A DNA stretch of 64,000 nt from a virus (lineage: Duplodnaviria; Caudoviricetes): positions 1 through 64,000 of the IMG/VR virus record IMGVR_UViG_3300025099_000016; one strand, given 5' to 3'. Position 1 is the first letter of the stretch; every line of letters starts with the position of its first letter. Under the pieces are notes generated by a model, which saw only the letters and a program-made list of their open reading frames with translations, had not been told where the DNA came from and searched no databases. Shown piece by piece: positions 47,208-58,700 of this stretch. The position numbers and the translations under genes were made by a program.

Positions 47208-48569
47208 CTACGCTATTTCTACCCAAGTGTTATCAGGATTAAAATACATTATACCATGGTCATCACTTAGGCAATAACCAACCACCCTTACAAAATCACC
47301 ACTTCCACTTGGTGCAACATGGGTCATACCTCCAGCAACAGTTTTAACATAGACAGGGTTTCCAACATCGCCTAAATCATAATCCATAGTTATTATACCT
47401 CTAATAAGCATACCATTTATATCTGGGTCTGTTCCTAAAGCTATAGCTAGCATTCCCATAGCATCTCTATCTGCGTCATCTCCTGTTGCTGCACCACTAG
47501 CATGCGCCTGACCCCAAGACCCATCTTCTTTTAAGTAACAAAGGTCTCCTTGAGTTGTGCTTCCGCTTCCAAAATAAAGCACGTCCCCTTCTACTTCAAA
47601 ATGAGCTGAAGAGTCTGTTCTAACAAACTTTCTTCTAGGTGAAGAAAACTCTGTTGTTACAGTTAAACCTCCTGTTATAGTTTTATTACCAGATGTTAAA
47701 GCATCTGCTGTCGCAGCATTACCTGTACAAGAAGCAGATGAACCCGTAGTATTTTGGTTCAGCGTGGGTATATTAGTAGAGTTTACAGTTCCAGCGCTAG
47801 CCGCCGTCCAGTCTATGTGTTTATTACCACTAGAGTTGGCTAACGAATCGTGATCTATAGTCCCTTGTGTGGCGACTTGAATAACACCGCTGTTGTTTGC
47901 GAACAAGGTACTACCCATAGTGAGTGTGCCAGTTAAAGTAGTTGATGAGGTAGAACCATACCCTATATTTACATCGACTTCATTGTCAGTACTATGACCT
48001 ATTAATTCCAAACCTGTTCTTAAAGCACTTAAATTTCCATCACTTGCCGCGACACGAAATTCAAACTTACCAGCCTCATCTGTATCTAATGCGGTGTTAA
48101 CCCTACCACTAATTCTACAAAAATCTACTTGCTCTTGAGCTGAGTTATCACCTGTGAAAGTTACATGACCTATACCATCACTATCTGCCCCGGGTCCACC
48201 CTTGTCTGATACAAAGTTAAAGTAGCTACCTTTATTATCGTTTGTAGTACTCTTTAGAACAAATTCTGGCTTCATACTTGTAGAAGATGAAACAGTTGCA
48301 GTATCACCTTCGAACTTAAAGTTAGCTTCAGACGTCACAGTACCATCACCATCATCAGTTAATAATTGATTAGCGGCACCATTCACCCCAGCTCCATGTA
48401 AGTCTGTTACACCAGTATCGCTTTCCTTAACTAACTTATTGTTAGAATCTAAACCTAAGTTTTTACCTGAAGCTATAGTACCATCAGGCACAGCTTCAAA
48501 ATAAACGTCACCGCGAAACCTAGATATAAAATCCCATATATGTTGACCTATCCATTTCATACTCTGCAT
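47208..48569 (-). CDS. Tail fibre / spike protein
   Basis: 453 aa, Gly/Thr/Ser-rich fibre-like repeats. Confidence 0.6.
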   Translation of the reverse strand: MQSMKWIGQHIWDFISRFRGDVYFEAVPDGTIASGKNLGLDSNNKLVKESDTGVTDLHGAGVNGAANQLLTDDGDGTVTSEANFKFEGDTATVSSSTSMKPEFVLKSTTNDNKGSYFNFVSDKGGPGADSDGIGHVTFTGDNSAQEQVDFCRISGRVNTALDTDEAGKFEFRVAASDGNLSALRTGLELIGHSTDNEVDVNIGYGSTSSTTLTGTLTMGSTLFANNSGVIQVATQGTIDHDSLANSSGNKHIDWTAASAGTVNSTNIPTLNQNTTGSSASCTGNAATADALTSGNKTITGGLTVTTEFSSPRRKFVRTDSSAHFEVEGDVLYFGSGSTTQGDLCYLKEDGSWGQAHASGAATGDDADRDAMGMLAIALGTDPDINGMLIRGIITMDYDLGDVGNPVYVKTVAGGMTHVAPSGSGDFVRVVGYCLSDDHGIMYFNPDNTWVEIA

Positions 48570-48696
48570 TGTAAGCTAGCCTCACTAATATCTTTCTGTA
48601 AAACAATGTACTCACCAATTAATAAAAATAAAAAAGCACAAACACTAAACAACATCTTTAAACTAACGCTAAATGTAGTGTCTTGTATTTCTTTAC

Positions 48697-48939
48697 TCAT
48701 TTTTCTTTTATTTGATTAGAGGCTAATAACAATTCTATCGCGTGTAATCTAGCTGATATTTCAACTAGTGTGGTTTTTAAGTCTGTGTCGGACTTTTCTA
48801 GTTGATACACTCTAGATTTTAACTTAGTGTATTCGTTATTTAAATTAATCCACAAACCTAATGCGGTAGCTAGAATTGCAGCCACACTTATAATTAATTC
48901 TACTACTCCTATTGGCATCATATTATTTTTTATTAGCAA
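48697..48939 (-). CDS. Small membrane-anchored coiled-coil protein, lysis-associated
   Basis: N-terminal transmembrane segment followed by a coiled coil. Confidence 0.5.
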   Translation of the reverse strand: MLIKNNMMPIGVVELIISVAAILATALGLWINLNNEYTKLKSRVYQLEKSDTDLKTTLVEISARLHAIELLLASNQIKEK

Positions 48940-49138
48940 ATTTTTCTACACCTGACACACCAAACGAACCAAGTACAACCCATACAAAAGAATCGTACAC
49001 AAACTCGTTTATTATTAAGTCTGTTCCTACCCATCCAGTAACAAGATCAGCAACCATTATAAGGCACATTATAGCAAACGCTATAAACCCTACTATAGCT
49101 TTCTCGTTCCAGCTATTATCGTTTTTAAATATTTCCAT
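48923..49138 (-). CDS. Two-TM holin-like membrane protein
   Basis: Two hydrophobic segments and a basic C-terminus. Confidence 0.5.
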   Translation of the reverse strand: MEIFKNDNSWNEKAIVGFIAFAIMCLIMVADLVTGWVGTDLIINEFVYDSFVWVVLGSFGVSGVEKFANKK

Positions 49139-49470
49139 TACGAAACTTTAACTGTACCTCTATCGTTCCAAAGTTTACCCGTAGATCTAGGATCAGAAGT
49201 AGGTAAGCTAGCAATACTATTAGAATCTAAAGTAACAGCATCATCACTACTATTCTGAACTGACTTCACTAATATATGCATAAAAGCTCTAAGTTTGTCA
49301 GCCGTTATACTTTTGTTACCGTCTTGAAAAAGATCTTCTATCATATCTAATAGTTCTGCTCTTTCTCTTTTTTCGTCAGAAGAAACAGTTATCTTAGTGT
49401 CTGTATTTGTACTAACTAGAGCTTTGTATCTAGTCTTCCTTGTTGAATCTGTGTAATCACCTTTTGCCAT
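49138..49470 (-). CDS. Hypothetical virion protein
   Basis: Ends with SLPTSDPRSTGKLWNDRGTVKVS, a motif typical of phage fibre-associated proteins. Confidence 0.55.
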   Translation of the reverse strand: MAKGDYTDSTRKTRYKALVSTNTDTKITVSSDEKRERAELLDMIEDLFQDGNKSITADKLRAFMHILVKSVQNSSDDAVTLDSNSIASLPTSDPRSTGKLWNDRGTVKVS

Positions 49471-49483
49471 TTTATTTATTTAT

Positions 49484-52342
49484 TTATATGAAACTTGAAT
49501 CAAAATCATCTGACCAGTTAGATACTGTATTGTTTTTATGTTGAGATTTTGTTGCTTTATAATTCTTTTTTATTTCACTCAATTCTAATGGTCTGTTGTA
49601 CCATTTCACATCATCCACGATAGAAGAAGATCTGTAACCTGTATTTAATTCGTAATTATCACCAATATGCAAATCGCGAGTTTCATCAACAGTTCCATCC
49701 GGTGTAACACTACTTATTAAATTTTCGTTAATATATAATTTAAGACTAGTATCTAATGCGTAAGTAACAGTCACATACAGCCAATCATTTTCAACTATAG
49801 CTTCTGTGGTGTGTACTTGATACCTATTCACATCAGTGTTAATACTTGCATATACTCTTGGATAAAGACCGTCTGGTTTAAATATAGTTGTACCAAAACC
49901 TTTGTCTGATGCGTGATTATTAACTGCAGTCCCCTTAGTAACTAACCATTGTCGTGTATTTACATCTCTACAATTAACCCAAAAACTAGTACTAAAACCA
50001 CTAGACATATTAAAGTCATTATCATCATCAACAGTAACGTAGCTATCTCCGTCAAAGTTTAAACCTTTCTGTCTAACCTTATTCATAGGTAAACCGAAAG
50101 TATCCTTCTTAAAGTAAGGAACCTCTTGAAGCTGTATTGTTGTTGGCGAACCATTGACAGTACCATCATTTCCGTATGGTGATAGATCAACCCAAGTGTC
50201 AACACCGTTATTTCTCCAGTAACCGTTCAACTGTACTTCTCTTAATGAAAGGTTATCTATCGAAAACTCAGAAGCATTAACACCATACATGTAAACTTGA
50301 ATATCATCACCTAGTGCTACAACTCTATAATTGTATACACCATTTTCACTAAAGTTGTCAAGATTATCACTAGTTCCTGCAATATTAAACTGGTTAAAAC
50401 CAAATTGAAAAGCACCTTTGACGTAGTCGCTAATCTCAAAGGTTAAATCATATATCTTACCTTGTGTGACGCTTAGTACTTGTCTGAGTGCGGTATCAGT
50501 AGCGTTTACAGAGGCTTTACCACCACTAACAGTCCATCCTGTATTAGGGCTCCATTTGTTAGCGTCATCAAACCCTCCGTCGTTAACTATCTCACTACCT
50601 AAGAAAGCACTATGGTCTCTACAATCTAAAGCCATACCAGCGTTGAATATCTCTTGGACTTCGGTCACGGATAACACCTTCTTAAATACAGAGATCTCAT
50701 CTCCAAATCCATCAAAGTCTTTCATGAATCTCAAAGTGTCATCACAGGTTGTGTCAACACCATCAGCATCACTAATATCCTTTTCGTCAACTAGCACTCC
50801 GTCTAAGTAAAGCTTAAAACCTGTTGATGTAGATTTATCTATAGTTGCAACCACGTGATACAATTGTCCTACGTCAAGAGTTGGGGTTGGAATATTTACA
50901 GACGAACCCCAATCAAACAAAGCTTGCATGGTACCATTAGCCATCATCCTAAACTCAAAACCTTCTTCGGGGGAAGTATTATTTCTTAAATCAAACAGGT
51001 TTTTGTAATCTTCAAATGTGTTAACAGAGAACCAGCATGAGACTGTAAAGCCATCATCTAAGACATCATTAAGACCTGTCCCACAATCAACGTATTCATC
51101 AGCCGCACCATCGAACAATGCTTTCTTAGAATAAGATGACATAGCATATTGTGGGATATATGGTTGAGCTGTTTTCCAGTTATCAGAAACCCAAGAAGCT
51201 TGGATATGGGAATTAGATAGGGATATTTCCTGCAACTTCAACGTTGTTATTGTAGTTGTTCCAGCACTATTATTTTTTAAATAAGTTTGGACGTGAGTAG
51301 CTTTAAAAACAAAAGTAGAAGAGAACTCTCCATCCGAGGAAATAGTGTGGTAAACATCGCTGTTACTCGCGTTCCTAAATTCAAGACCATTTCCAGACGA
51401 AGTACTAACAGTACCTGCGATGGTAACTTTATAAGTGGAACCAACAGTAACATTACTCTTATAAATACCACTAGCCTGATATGTAGTAAAAGTGTTAGCA
51501 TCATCTGCCTTTGTATCATCAAGTATTTGCCACTCATTTTTAAAGTGGTAATCTTTAGTTAAATCCTCTCCTAAAACTGGGGCTGCGTTATACACTCTAT
51601 CTCCAGCACCTTCGTTTAATCTATATAAAGCTTTACAGTCTGTTGTTTCAATACTACTGTTAGAATTATCAAATACATCTTTATCAGGGTTATTGTAGTC
51701 ATAAGTAACATCTGAAGCTGTCCAAGCTTTATCGTAGATTTGGAAGTCTGACAACTTGCCATACCAAATGCTACTAGCAACATCACCCTGAGAGCCAATG
51801 TACACGCCATTATCATCTAGAGTAAAACTACTCGTAGCCGTCTTACTGAAAACAAATTCACCATTAAGATATACACTACAAGTTAAACCATCAACTACCG
51901 CTACAGCTCTATACCAAGTGTCATTTGCTACTGAAGGTAGAGCCCCGGATGTTACGTCATCCCCCCATTCAGAATCGTTCCAACCTAAGTCTAATTTAGC
52001 ACTCTTAGTAGCAAGGTAGAACCAATCGGCAGTAATCGCTGTTCCAAATATAAAACCTCCGTAACCAACATCCTCAGAATTAAACCACACAGCAAAAGTT
52101 GCCTTAGTGCTAACACTTATAGCTTCAGATTTCCAATAATCTATATCTATGTAGTCATTAGCTTGAGCAAAATGAAGTGCTTTACCAGAATATAAAACAC
52201 CGTCGTTTGTATTAGGAGAAAAGTCTTTAACCCCCCCTAAAGGAGCTTGAGTCTCGTCAGCTTTATACCAAGCTTGTAGACCTCTACGAACGACATTAGC
52301 AACTTTGCTACCTGCCGTAACCATGTTACCAATACCTAGCAT
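49484..52342 (-). CDS. LamG / concanavalin A-like multi-domain receptor-binding protein
   Basis: Three LamG-like repeats: WYRAVAVVDG..VYLNG, YHVVATID..LYLDG and WLYVTVTY..LYINE. Confidence 0.8.
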   Translation of the reverse strand: MLGIGNMVTAGSKVANVVRRGLQAWYKADETQAPLGGVKDFSPNTNDGVLYSGKALHFAQANDYIDIDYWKSEAISVSTKATFAVWFNSEDVGYGGFIFGTAITADWFYLATKSAKLDLGWNDSEWGDDVTSGALPSVANDTWYRAVAVVDGLTCSVYLNGEFVFSKTATSSFTLDDNGVYIGSQGDVASSIWYGKLSDFQIYDKAWTASDVTYDYNNPDKDVFDNSNSSIETTDCKALYRLNEGAGDRVYNAAPVLGEDLTKDYHFKNEWQILDDTKADDANTFTTYQASGIYKSNVTVGSTYKVTIAGTVSTSSGNGLEFRNASNSDVYHTISSDGEFSSTFVFKATHVQTYLKNNSAGTTTITTLKLQEISLSNSHIQASWVSDNWKTAQPYIPQYAMSSYSKKALFDGAADEYVDCGTGLNDVLDDGFTVSCWFSVNTFEDYKNLFDLRNNTSPEEGFEFRMMANGTMQALFDWGSSVNIPTPTLDVGQLYHVVATIDKSTSTGFKLYLDGVLVDEKDISDADGVDTTCDDTLRFMKDFDGFGDEISVFKKVLSVTEVQEIFNAGMALDCRDHSAFLGSEIVNDGGFDDANKWSPNTGWTVSGGKASVNATDTALRQVLSVTQGKIYDLTFEISDYVKGAFQFGFNQFNIAGTSDNLDNFSENGVYNYRVVALGDDIQVYMYGVNASEFSIDNLSLREVQLNGYWRNNGVDTWVDLSPYGNDGTVNGSPTTIQLQEVPYFKKDTFGLPMNKVRQKGLNFDGDSYVTVDDDNDFNMSSGFSTSFWVNCRDVNTRQWLVTKGTAVNNHASDKGFGTTIFKPDGLYPRVYASINTDVNRYQVHTTEAIVENDWLYVTVTYALDTSLKLYINENLISSVTPDGTVDETRDLHIGDNYELNTGYRSSSIVDDVKWYNRPLELSEIKKNYKATKSQHKNNTVSNWSDDFDSSFI

Positions 52343-52669
52343 TTAGTCTCCTATATAAGCTATTACTTTCCCATCAGCTAAGTTTACAGATGTCCATCTA
52401 CCGTAAACAGTAAGTCCAGCTTGAAATGAAACTGTATTAGGTATTGCATCACCACCGTTTGAACTGTAGGAAGCTGATGTACCTATATACTCTAAACCAG
52501 AACCAGCCGTATCATTATCAGCTGTTAACCCTTGAAACTTAGCGTCTTCAAGTATAGTTATAGCTACAAATACTTTTCCAGCCGGCGGTGTCGCTTCATT
52601 AGTGTCAGCTAGATACAATGATCCTAATTGACCAAATGAATATGCTGTTTGAGTGTTATTGATTCCCAT
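52343..52669 (-). CDS. Hypothetical structural protein
   Basis: 108 aa ending in YGRWTSVNLADGKVIAYIG. Confidence 0.6.
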   Translation of the reverse strand: MGINNTQTAYSFGQLGSLYLADTNEATPPAGKVFVAITILEDAKFQGLTADNDTAGSGLEYIGTSASYSSNGGDAIPNTVSFQAGLTVYGRWTSVNLADGKVIAYIGD

Positions 52670-52722
52670 AATTTTATTTGTTAATTATTCATACTTATAA
52701 TATTACATGCTACGTAAACAGT

Positions 52723-55700
52723 TTACTGGTGTGCGTAACATCTTTTGTTTTTCCTTTCCGTTATGTTCTTACACCGAGGACCTTTACCGCCTCTAGTATT
52801 TGCTTTACATCTATATTCTTTTTTACCGTCACCATCTAAATCGTCTCCATCTTTCCTGTTTTTCTCTGCCTCAGCTCTCTTTCTTTTGTTCTCTTTCTTT
52901 TTATCTTCACTTTCAGCTTTCTTCTTACCCGCTCTCTCTTGCTTAACTTTAGCTTTAGCCTCCTCTAGCTCCTTGTCTTTAACATCTAAACTCCACTTAT
53001 CCCAACCAGCTATTAAAGCTACTCGTTTCCAAGTCTCGTGGTTACTATTTATAGCTTCCTCTAAGTTCTGAGCTTTCCTAACAACTCTGGCTAAAGGAAC
53101 GTTTGTTGTGGCTTCAACAAGGTTACCGATAACGTTTAGTATAGGATTATCTATATCTAACCCCATTTTTTCTGGCACATCTTTGTTATACTCATAACTA
53201 TATATGGCAGACATTATTTTCCTAAGTTTACTACCTATAGGTGGGGATAATTGTACTGCTTCAATTGCTACTTTAGATAATTCTCTCTTACCGTAAGGCT
53301 TGTCTCTTTCTTCTAAATACTTCATGATAGTATTCTTAAGAGTGGAAGCCATAGCACCATACACGCCAGTACCTCTTAACAAAGTATCTAAAGCTCCATT
53401 AGCTACACGTGTTGTTTTAGTTTTAGTCTTTTCTTCATCTTCATCTCCACCGAACAATAAAAACGCTAAACCAGTTTGTAAGCTACCGAATATAACATTC
53501 TGCATAGCACCATAATATAATATCCTAGACACATGAGACTTCCAGTCACCCCTACCATTAACTAAATCTGATATTGCTTTCTTAGTTAGTCTAGTATATT
53601 GCATCGGAGTGTTTTGCCAAGCTAATACTAATCTACCTAACGTCCCAGCTTGTTGCTGAGATATAAGGTCAGGTCTAGAAGATTGTTGTGTTTCTTCTGC
53701 GATCTCTTGGAATTGATCGAAAGCTTTTGTTTCAGCCTCTTTCTGACTTAATCCTTCTTTAATATATTTGTTTATCTTATTTCTGTAATAAGTCGCGCCA
53801 CCAGATGCTATAGCGAAACTATCCGCGATCTGTGTAGGTGTGAAACCTATCTGAAGCAAATATCTAACAGCGGCTTTGTATTTATCTTTCGCACCACTCT
53901 TAGCTACAGTATTACTTAGCTCCGATAAGTTTACATCAATAGACATACCAGACCTACGCTGTTTTAACATGTCTGAATTAAACAACGTTATAAAATCTTT
54001 CCAATATTGAGGTTGGTTAGCGAAAGCTTTAGCCGCTTGGAATATATTATTATCTCCCCAATCTATAAAGTTAACCGTGGATAGGGTTTGAAGCATCGCT
54101 GATCTAGTGTTAAAGAACATAACAGCACCAACAGACCCGTTGATCCAGTCCATAAAGCCATTTACTACTTTATCTTTTTTACCAGTAACTCTGTTACTAC
54201 CAGTTTCCATACGGTATAACATATTCTCTAAAGCATCTCTAAAGTCTGTACCATAAACAGCCTCTATCTTATTCATGTTTTCAGGTGAAAATATAATGTC
54301 TACATTATCTTTCCATTCAGACAAGAACTCAGCTCTATTGGTCTGGCTAGATTGCCCAAATAAATCTGAAGCTATATTCCCAACAACCCAATTTTCGTCA
54401 GGTGTCACGTAACCGTCCTTAGCTCTAGATATTATACCTAAAGTATCAGCAAATGCTTTTGTTTTAGGATCGTTATTAACGTGGTCAGACAATAGTTCAA
54501 TTTCGTTTTCTGATATACCTGGTATATCTATACCACTCTTGCTCCACAAGTAAACTCTTATCGCATCATTAACAGTGAAGTCAGTTCCAGACACGTTTTT
54601 ATTGAGATTTTTGATAACCGTTGGCATCTCTTTTTTCAAAGTTTTAAACTCTTCAGAAGTTCTTTGCTTAGCAAAGTTCATATCTCTAATACCCTTAGCG
54701 AATGGATCTAATAAATGTTCTTTAAAGAAAGCCATGTCGGCATCACCTTGTTTACCCTTGCCCAGGAAGTTGTAAAGTAAACCTTTAAAATCCTCAGCTG
54801 ATGGTGGAACGAAGAATTTCTTTAAAATACCACCATCTACCTTCTTACCTCTTAATCTAGCTTGAGCATCGGAGAACACTTTACCTATAGGTACACCAGA
54901 GCTTCTTTCAAGTATATTATTGAAGTTAGCCGCACCATCTTGACTGAACTTAAGTTTAGCTTGTACTACTTTAGATTTAATATCTAATTGATCTAGTACA
55001 TCTTTAACAGCTTTAACGTTTGGCAAAGCATCATCAACAAAGTACATGTCGTTATAACCCTCAGCAAATTTCTGTAACATCCATTGACCCTTAGCTTCAC
55101 CTTCACTCTTGCCTAAGCCAGTTATATTTCTCAAAGGTAAATCTACACCTTGTGTTTTCAACCACTGCTGTATAGGCCCAGCTGAAGCTTGTTGTCTAGC
55201 TGTAAGTATGAATACATTTTTATTACCGTACTTAGCTATTTGATTTTTTAGTTTCTGAAGTAGAGGACCTTCCTTTCCACCACGAACATTTGCAAAATCA
55301 GAGAAATCGAACTCATACCCAGCGGCTGCATATTCAGGACCTTCGATCGGCCATTCTTCAGACGTTATCTTAACCTGTTGTTTAGTAACTGGGTCTGTAG
55401 CGACAACGAAGTTTTCACCACCAATAATAAGTGTTTCGTCAAAGTCAAATGTAGACATACCTTTTGAGTTGGCATTATCAAATCTAACTTCACTAAACTT
55501 GTCTATTTTGCCAATAAAATTTCTTGGTAAAGGTTGATCTTGCTTTAGATTATCAGTGTTTATTTCAACAAAGTTTACGCCTAACTCTTTAAATCTTTTT
55601 TTATTCGCTTGAATAGATTTATAACTATTCTTCACAGCGGTATTAGTTAGAATTCTTTCAGGTCTAGCTTTATTTCTAGCTAAAGCAGTTTCTAAAGAAG

Positions 55701-58700
55701 AGTCAACAAATATAATTTGAACATCATATCCAGCTTGCTTGAACTCTCTAACAGATCTTTCTACACCAGCCTTTTGAGCTCCGGTACTATGTGTGACAAT
55801 GCTCTTACCAGTTTCTCGTTGTTTTGCTTTAAGCTTATCAAGATCTGCACTAGAGTCATATTGTAAATTCCAAAATTTTTCCGACTGCTCTCTAGTGAAC
55901 TCATTCATATCTTTTGGTAACCCGGCTTTTTTAATACCTTTTTCTAAAGCGATATCAGGATTCATTACTTCAAACCCTTGATCTTTTAAACCAAGTTTTT
56001 TAATTATAGTGGACTTACCAGATCCTGAAGCACCAACAACTAATATAGCTTTTCTATCTGGTACTATTCTTTGGATATTACCATCGGTGCTATTTCTAAC
56101 GACTTCTCTAGCTTTTCTAGTGTTGTCTAAGTTCTTGATGTCAGCTTCATTAGCTATTAATCCAACTTCGCTTATAGCGTCTACATATTCAGATGCCTGC
56201 TCTCTAGTTATCTTACCGGTTAATATCTCTGATATTAAATTATTCTGTACATCGACTAATGCCCTAACTTTAGTCTTGCTCATACCTTTAGTATCTATAC
56301 CTACCTTAAAGTATTCAGGTATAGTCATGTTCTTAGATGGTAAGAAATAGTTATTTAAGTTTATACCACCCTTAGCGTATCTTATCATCGACGCCATACC
56401 AAGGTCTAACCAAGGTAGTTTATCATCTAATATAGCGGGTACTACCTCTTCCCAGAATTCATTAGGCATTGAGTCAACTAAGCTTTCTCTAAGTATATTC
56501 CCATCCTTATCTTTAATAGCTTTTAGCATGTTATCATCAACTTGAGTTAATGACAACTGAACAAACGCTGCTTTAGCAACTTTCAATACATTATCTATAG
56601 GTGTTTGATTTATTGCTGCACTTAAAAACATTGTGCCGATATTGTTTTGGGGCATAGAATGCTCCTCCCTCATCTCAACATCATAATGCAACTTACCATC
56701 CTTATAGTACACACCGACTAGAGAAGCTGAAGTTCTAAATATGGCATCACCATTACTACTAGCGTTAGTAACAAATCTAGCAAAGAACCAAGCATCATCT
56801 GGATTATTCTTTAAATGTTTCTGCACGTCAGTAAACATTTTAGCTAGGAAGTCTATTTTTTGTTGTTCAAACTCGAAAAATTCTTTCCCACTTAACTCTT
56901 GCTTACCAACGATAAACTTAACCTCACCGTTCTTTTTAACTACTCTTTTAGGATCAAGTTTTTGTGTACTGTGAAATCTGAATCTCTTTAAGAAGTTTGG
57001 CAACTCGTACCTTCTCATCCCAGCTAGTTCGTCAAAAACATCCTTAACACCAAACATACTTTTCCCTCGCCCGTTAGACATACCAACTCTAAATAGAGTA
57101 GCATAGACAGGATCAAGATCAGCCATTGTTTTAATTATTCTAGATGTTTCTTCACCTAAAGTTTTATCTCTACCTACTTCTCTACCTATCTGTACTAGTG
57201 ATTCAAAATTAATTAAAGTTACAGGTACTTCTCCTCTAGTTCTACTAACCTTAGTGCTGACTATTTTAGCTACCTTGCTCAATAATGGATCAGTTATACC
57301 AGCATCTTTAAGTATATGCCTAGACTCCATATTAGCATACTTCTTAAGTTCTCTAGAAACACTAACAGCATCTTCACTAAACATAACAGGTGACTTACCA
57401 CTAGCCATTTGTTGTACAGTTGTGGCTTGAGTATCATCTTGCATTAGAACCTCTCTAATGGCTTGATTTGACATAGCCCTATCTAACTGTTTAGCTAAAG
57501 CTAAAACCCTCGAGGATGTGTTCCTATCGTCTCTCTGTGGCTTACCATCTATAATACCGAATACCTCTAAAAACTCTGTTCTAGTTATATTAGGTTTTTT
57601 AGATTGAGCAGTCAAACCAGCTTTGGTTTTCTCTCTCTTAGATTTTTTATTATAGAACTTATCTAATAAAACTTTTTGAACACCTGTCGCTGTACCATCT
57701 TCAGTCGCACCTTCAGGTAACATTGATTGTAGCATGTCAGCGTTCTTAGCTATAAACATCTGAGCGTTAGCTAACTCTGGTTTACTAAGATTAGCATTAC
57801 TAGTTATTTTCTTGGAAGGTATACTCATTAACTCACCAACAGTCTCAGTAGCTATGTTAGGTGTTTTCTTATATGTAGTACCTGTAAGGTCGTTGTCTTT
57901 AACGTACTGCTTAGCTTTAGGTGCTATCTTATCTCTAACCTTTAATCTGTCAGCTAGAACAATACCTTTTCTTTTAGGACCAGATTGTTTAATACCTTCT
58001 TCAGTGGTAACGCTTTCAGCTTGTTTTGCTATACCTTCGTCAGTCATTGACTTGGTGGCAGTGTCTTGAACCCCTCTTTTAGCCATCACCTCTTTTGCTC
58101 TTTGAGGTAAGAACTGATTAATGTAGGCTGCAACGTTTTGATACTTGTGTTTTGCTGGATTAAAATCTTTAACTAATCCTAATACAGTTCTAGCTTTTGC
58201 TTTATCGGTACCGGGATCATATAGTATGTCAGCTATTATATCTTCTTTATTATCTAGTAAGTCATTTCTAATATCTTCTGTCTGTGCATTAGCTAAGGCT
58301 CTACTAAATATATTCTCAGCCATACCTCTATACTCCATAGCTATAACTCCAGAAATATCATCTTTCATTCTAGCCATCATCTTTAAATCAGCTTCAGTCT
58401 TTATTTCTTTATTTTGAATATCAAGTATGGGTTTATATAAATCTTGCACCCTCTCTGAAGCTTCAACGTCTATAGATTCTTTTGGCTCCACTGTGGTATC
58501 AGTATCTTCAGTCACACCAGCCGTTAATTCTCTACCTATTTTTATACCTTCTAACGATGCTTTTGTAAACGCTTTATTTCTACCAAACATGTTGCTCTTA
58601 GCATTCATATCAGTTATAAAGTTTAAAACATCTTCAGCCGTGTTAAGCTCTACGTTTTTCATACCTGACGCTTGTAGTATTCTACGTATAGGTGATTTAA

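Noticed and set aside
52810-52860. DLDGD near the C-terminus of the giant protein as the catalytic DxDxD of a crAss-like virion RNA polymerase
   Set aside because: It lies about 35 aa from the end in a charged tail, with no room for a double-psi barrel; it is more like a Dx[DN]xDG calcium loop. A profile search would be needed to exclude an RNAP elsewhere in the protein.
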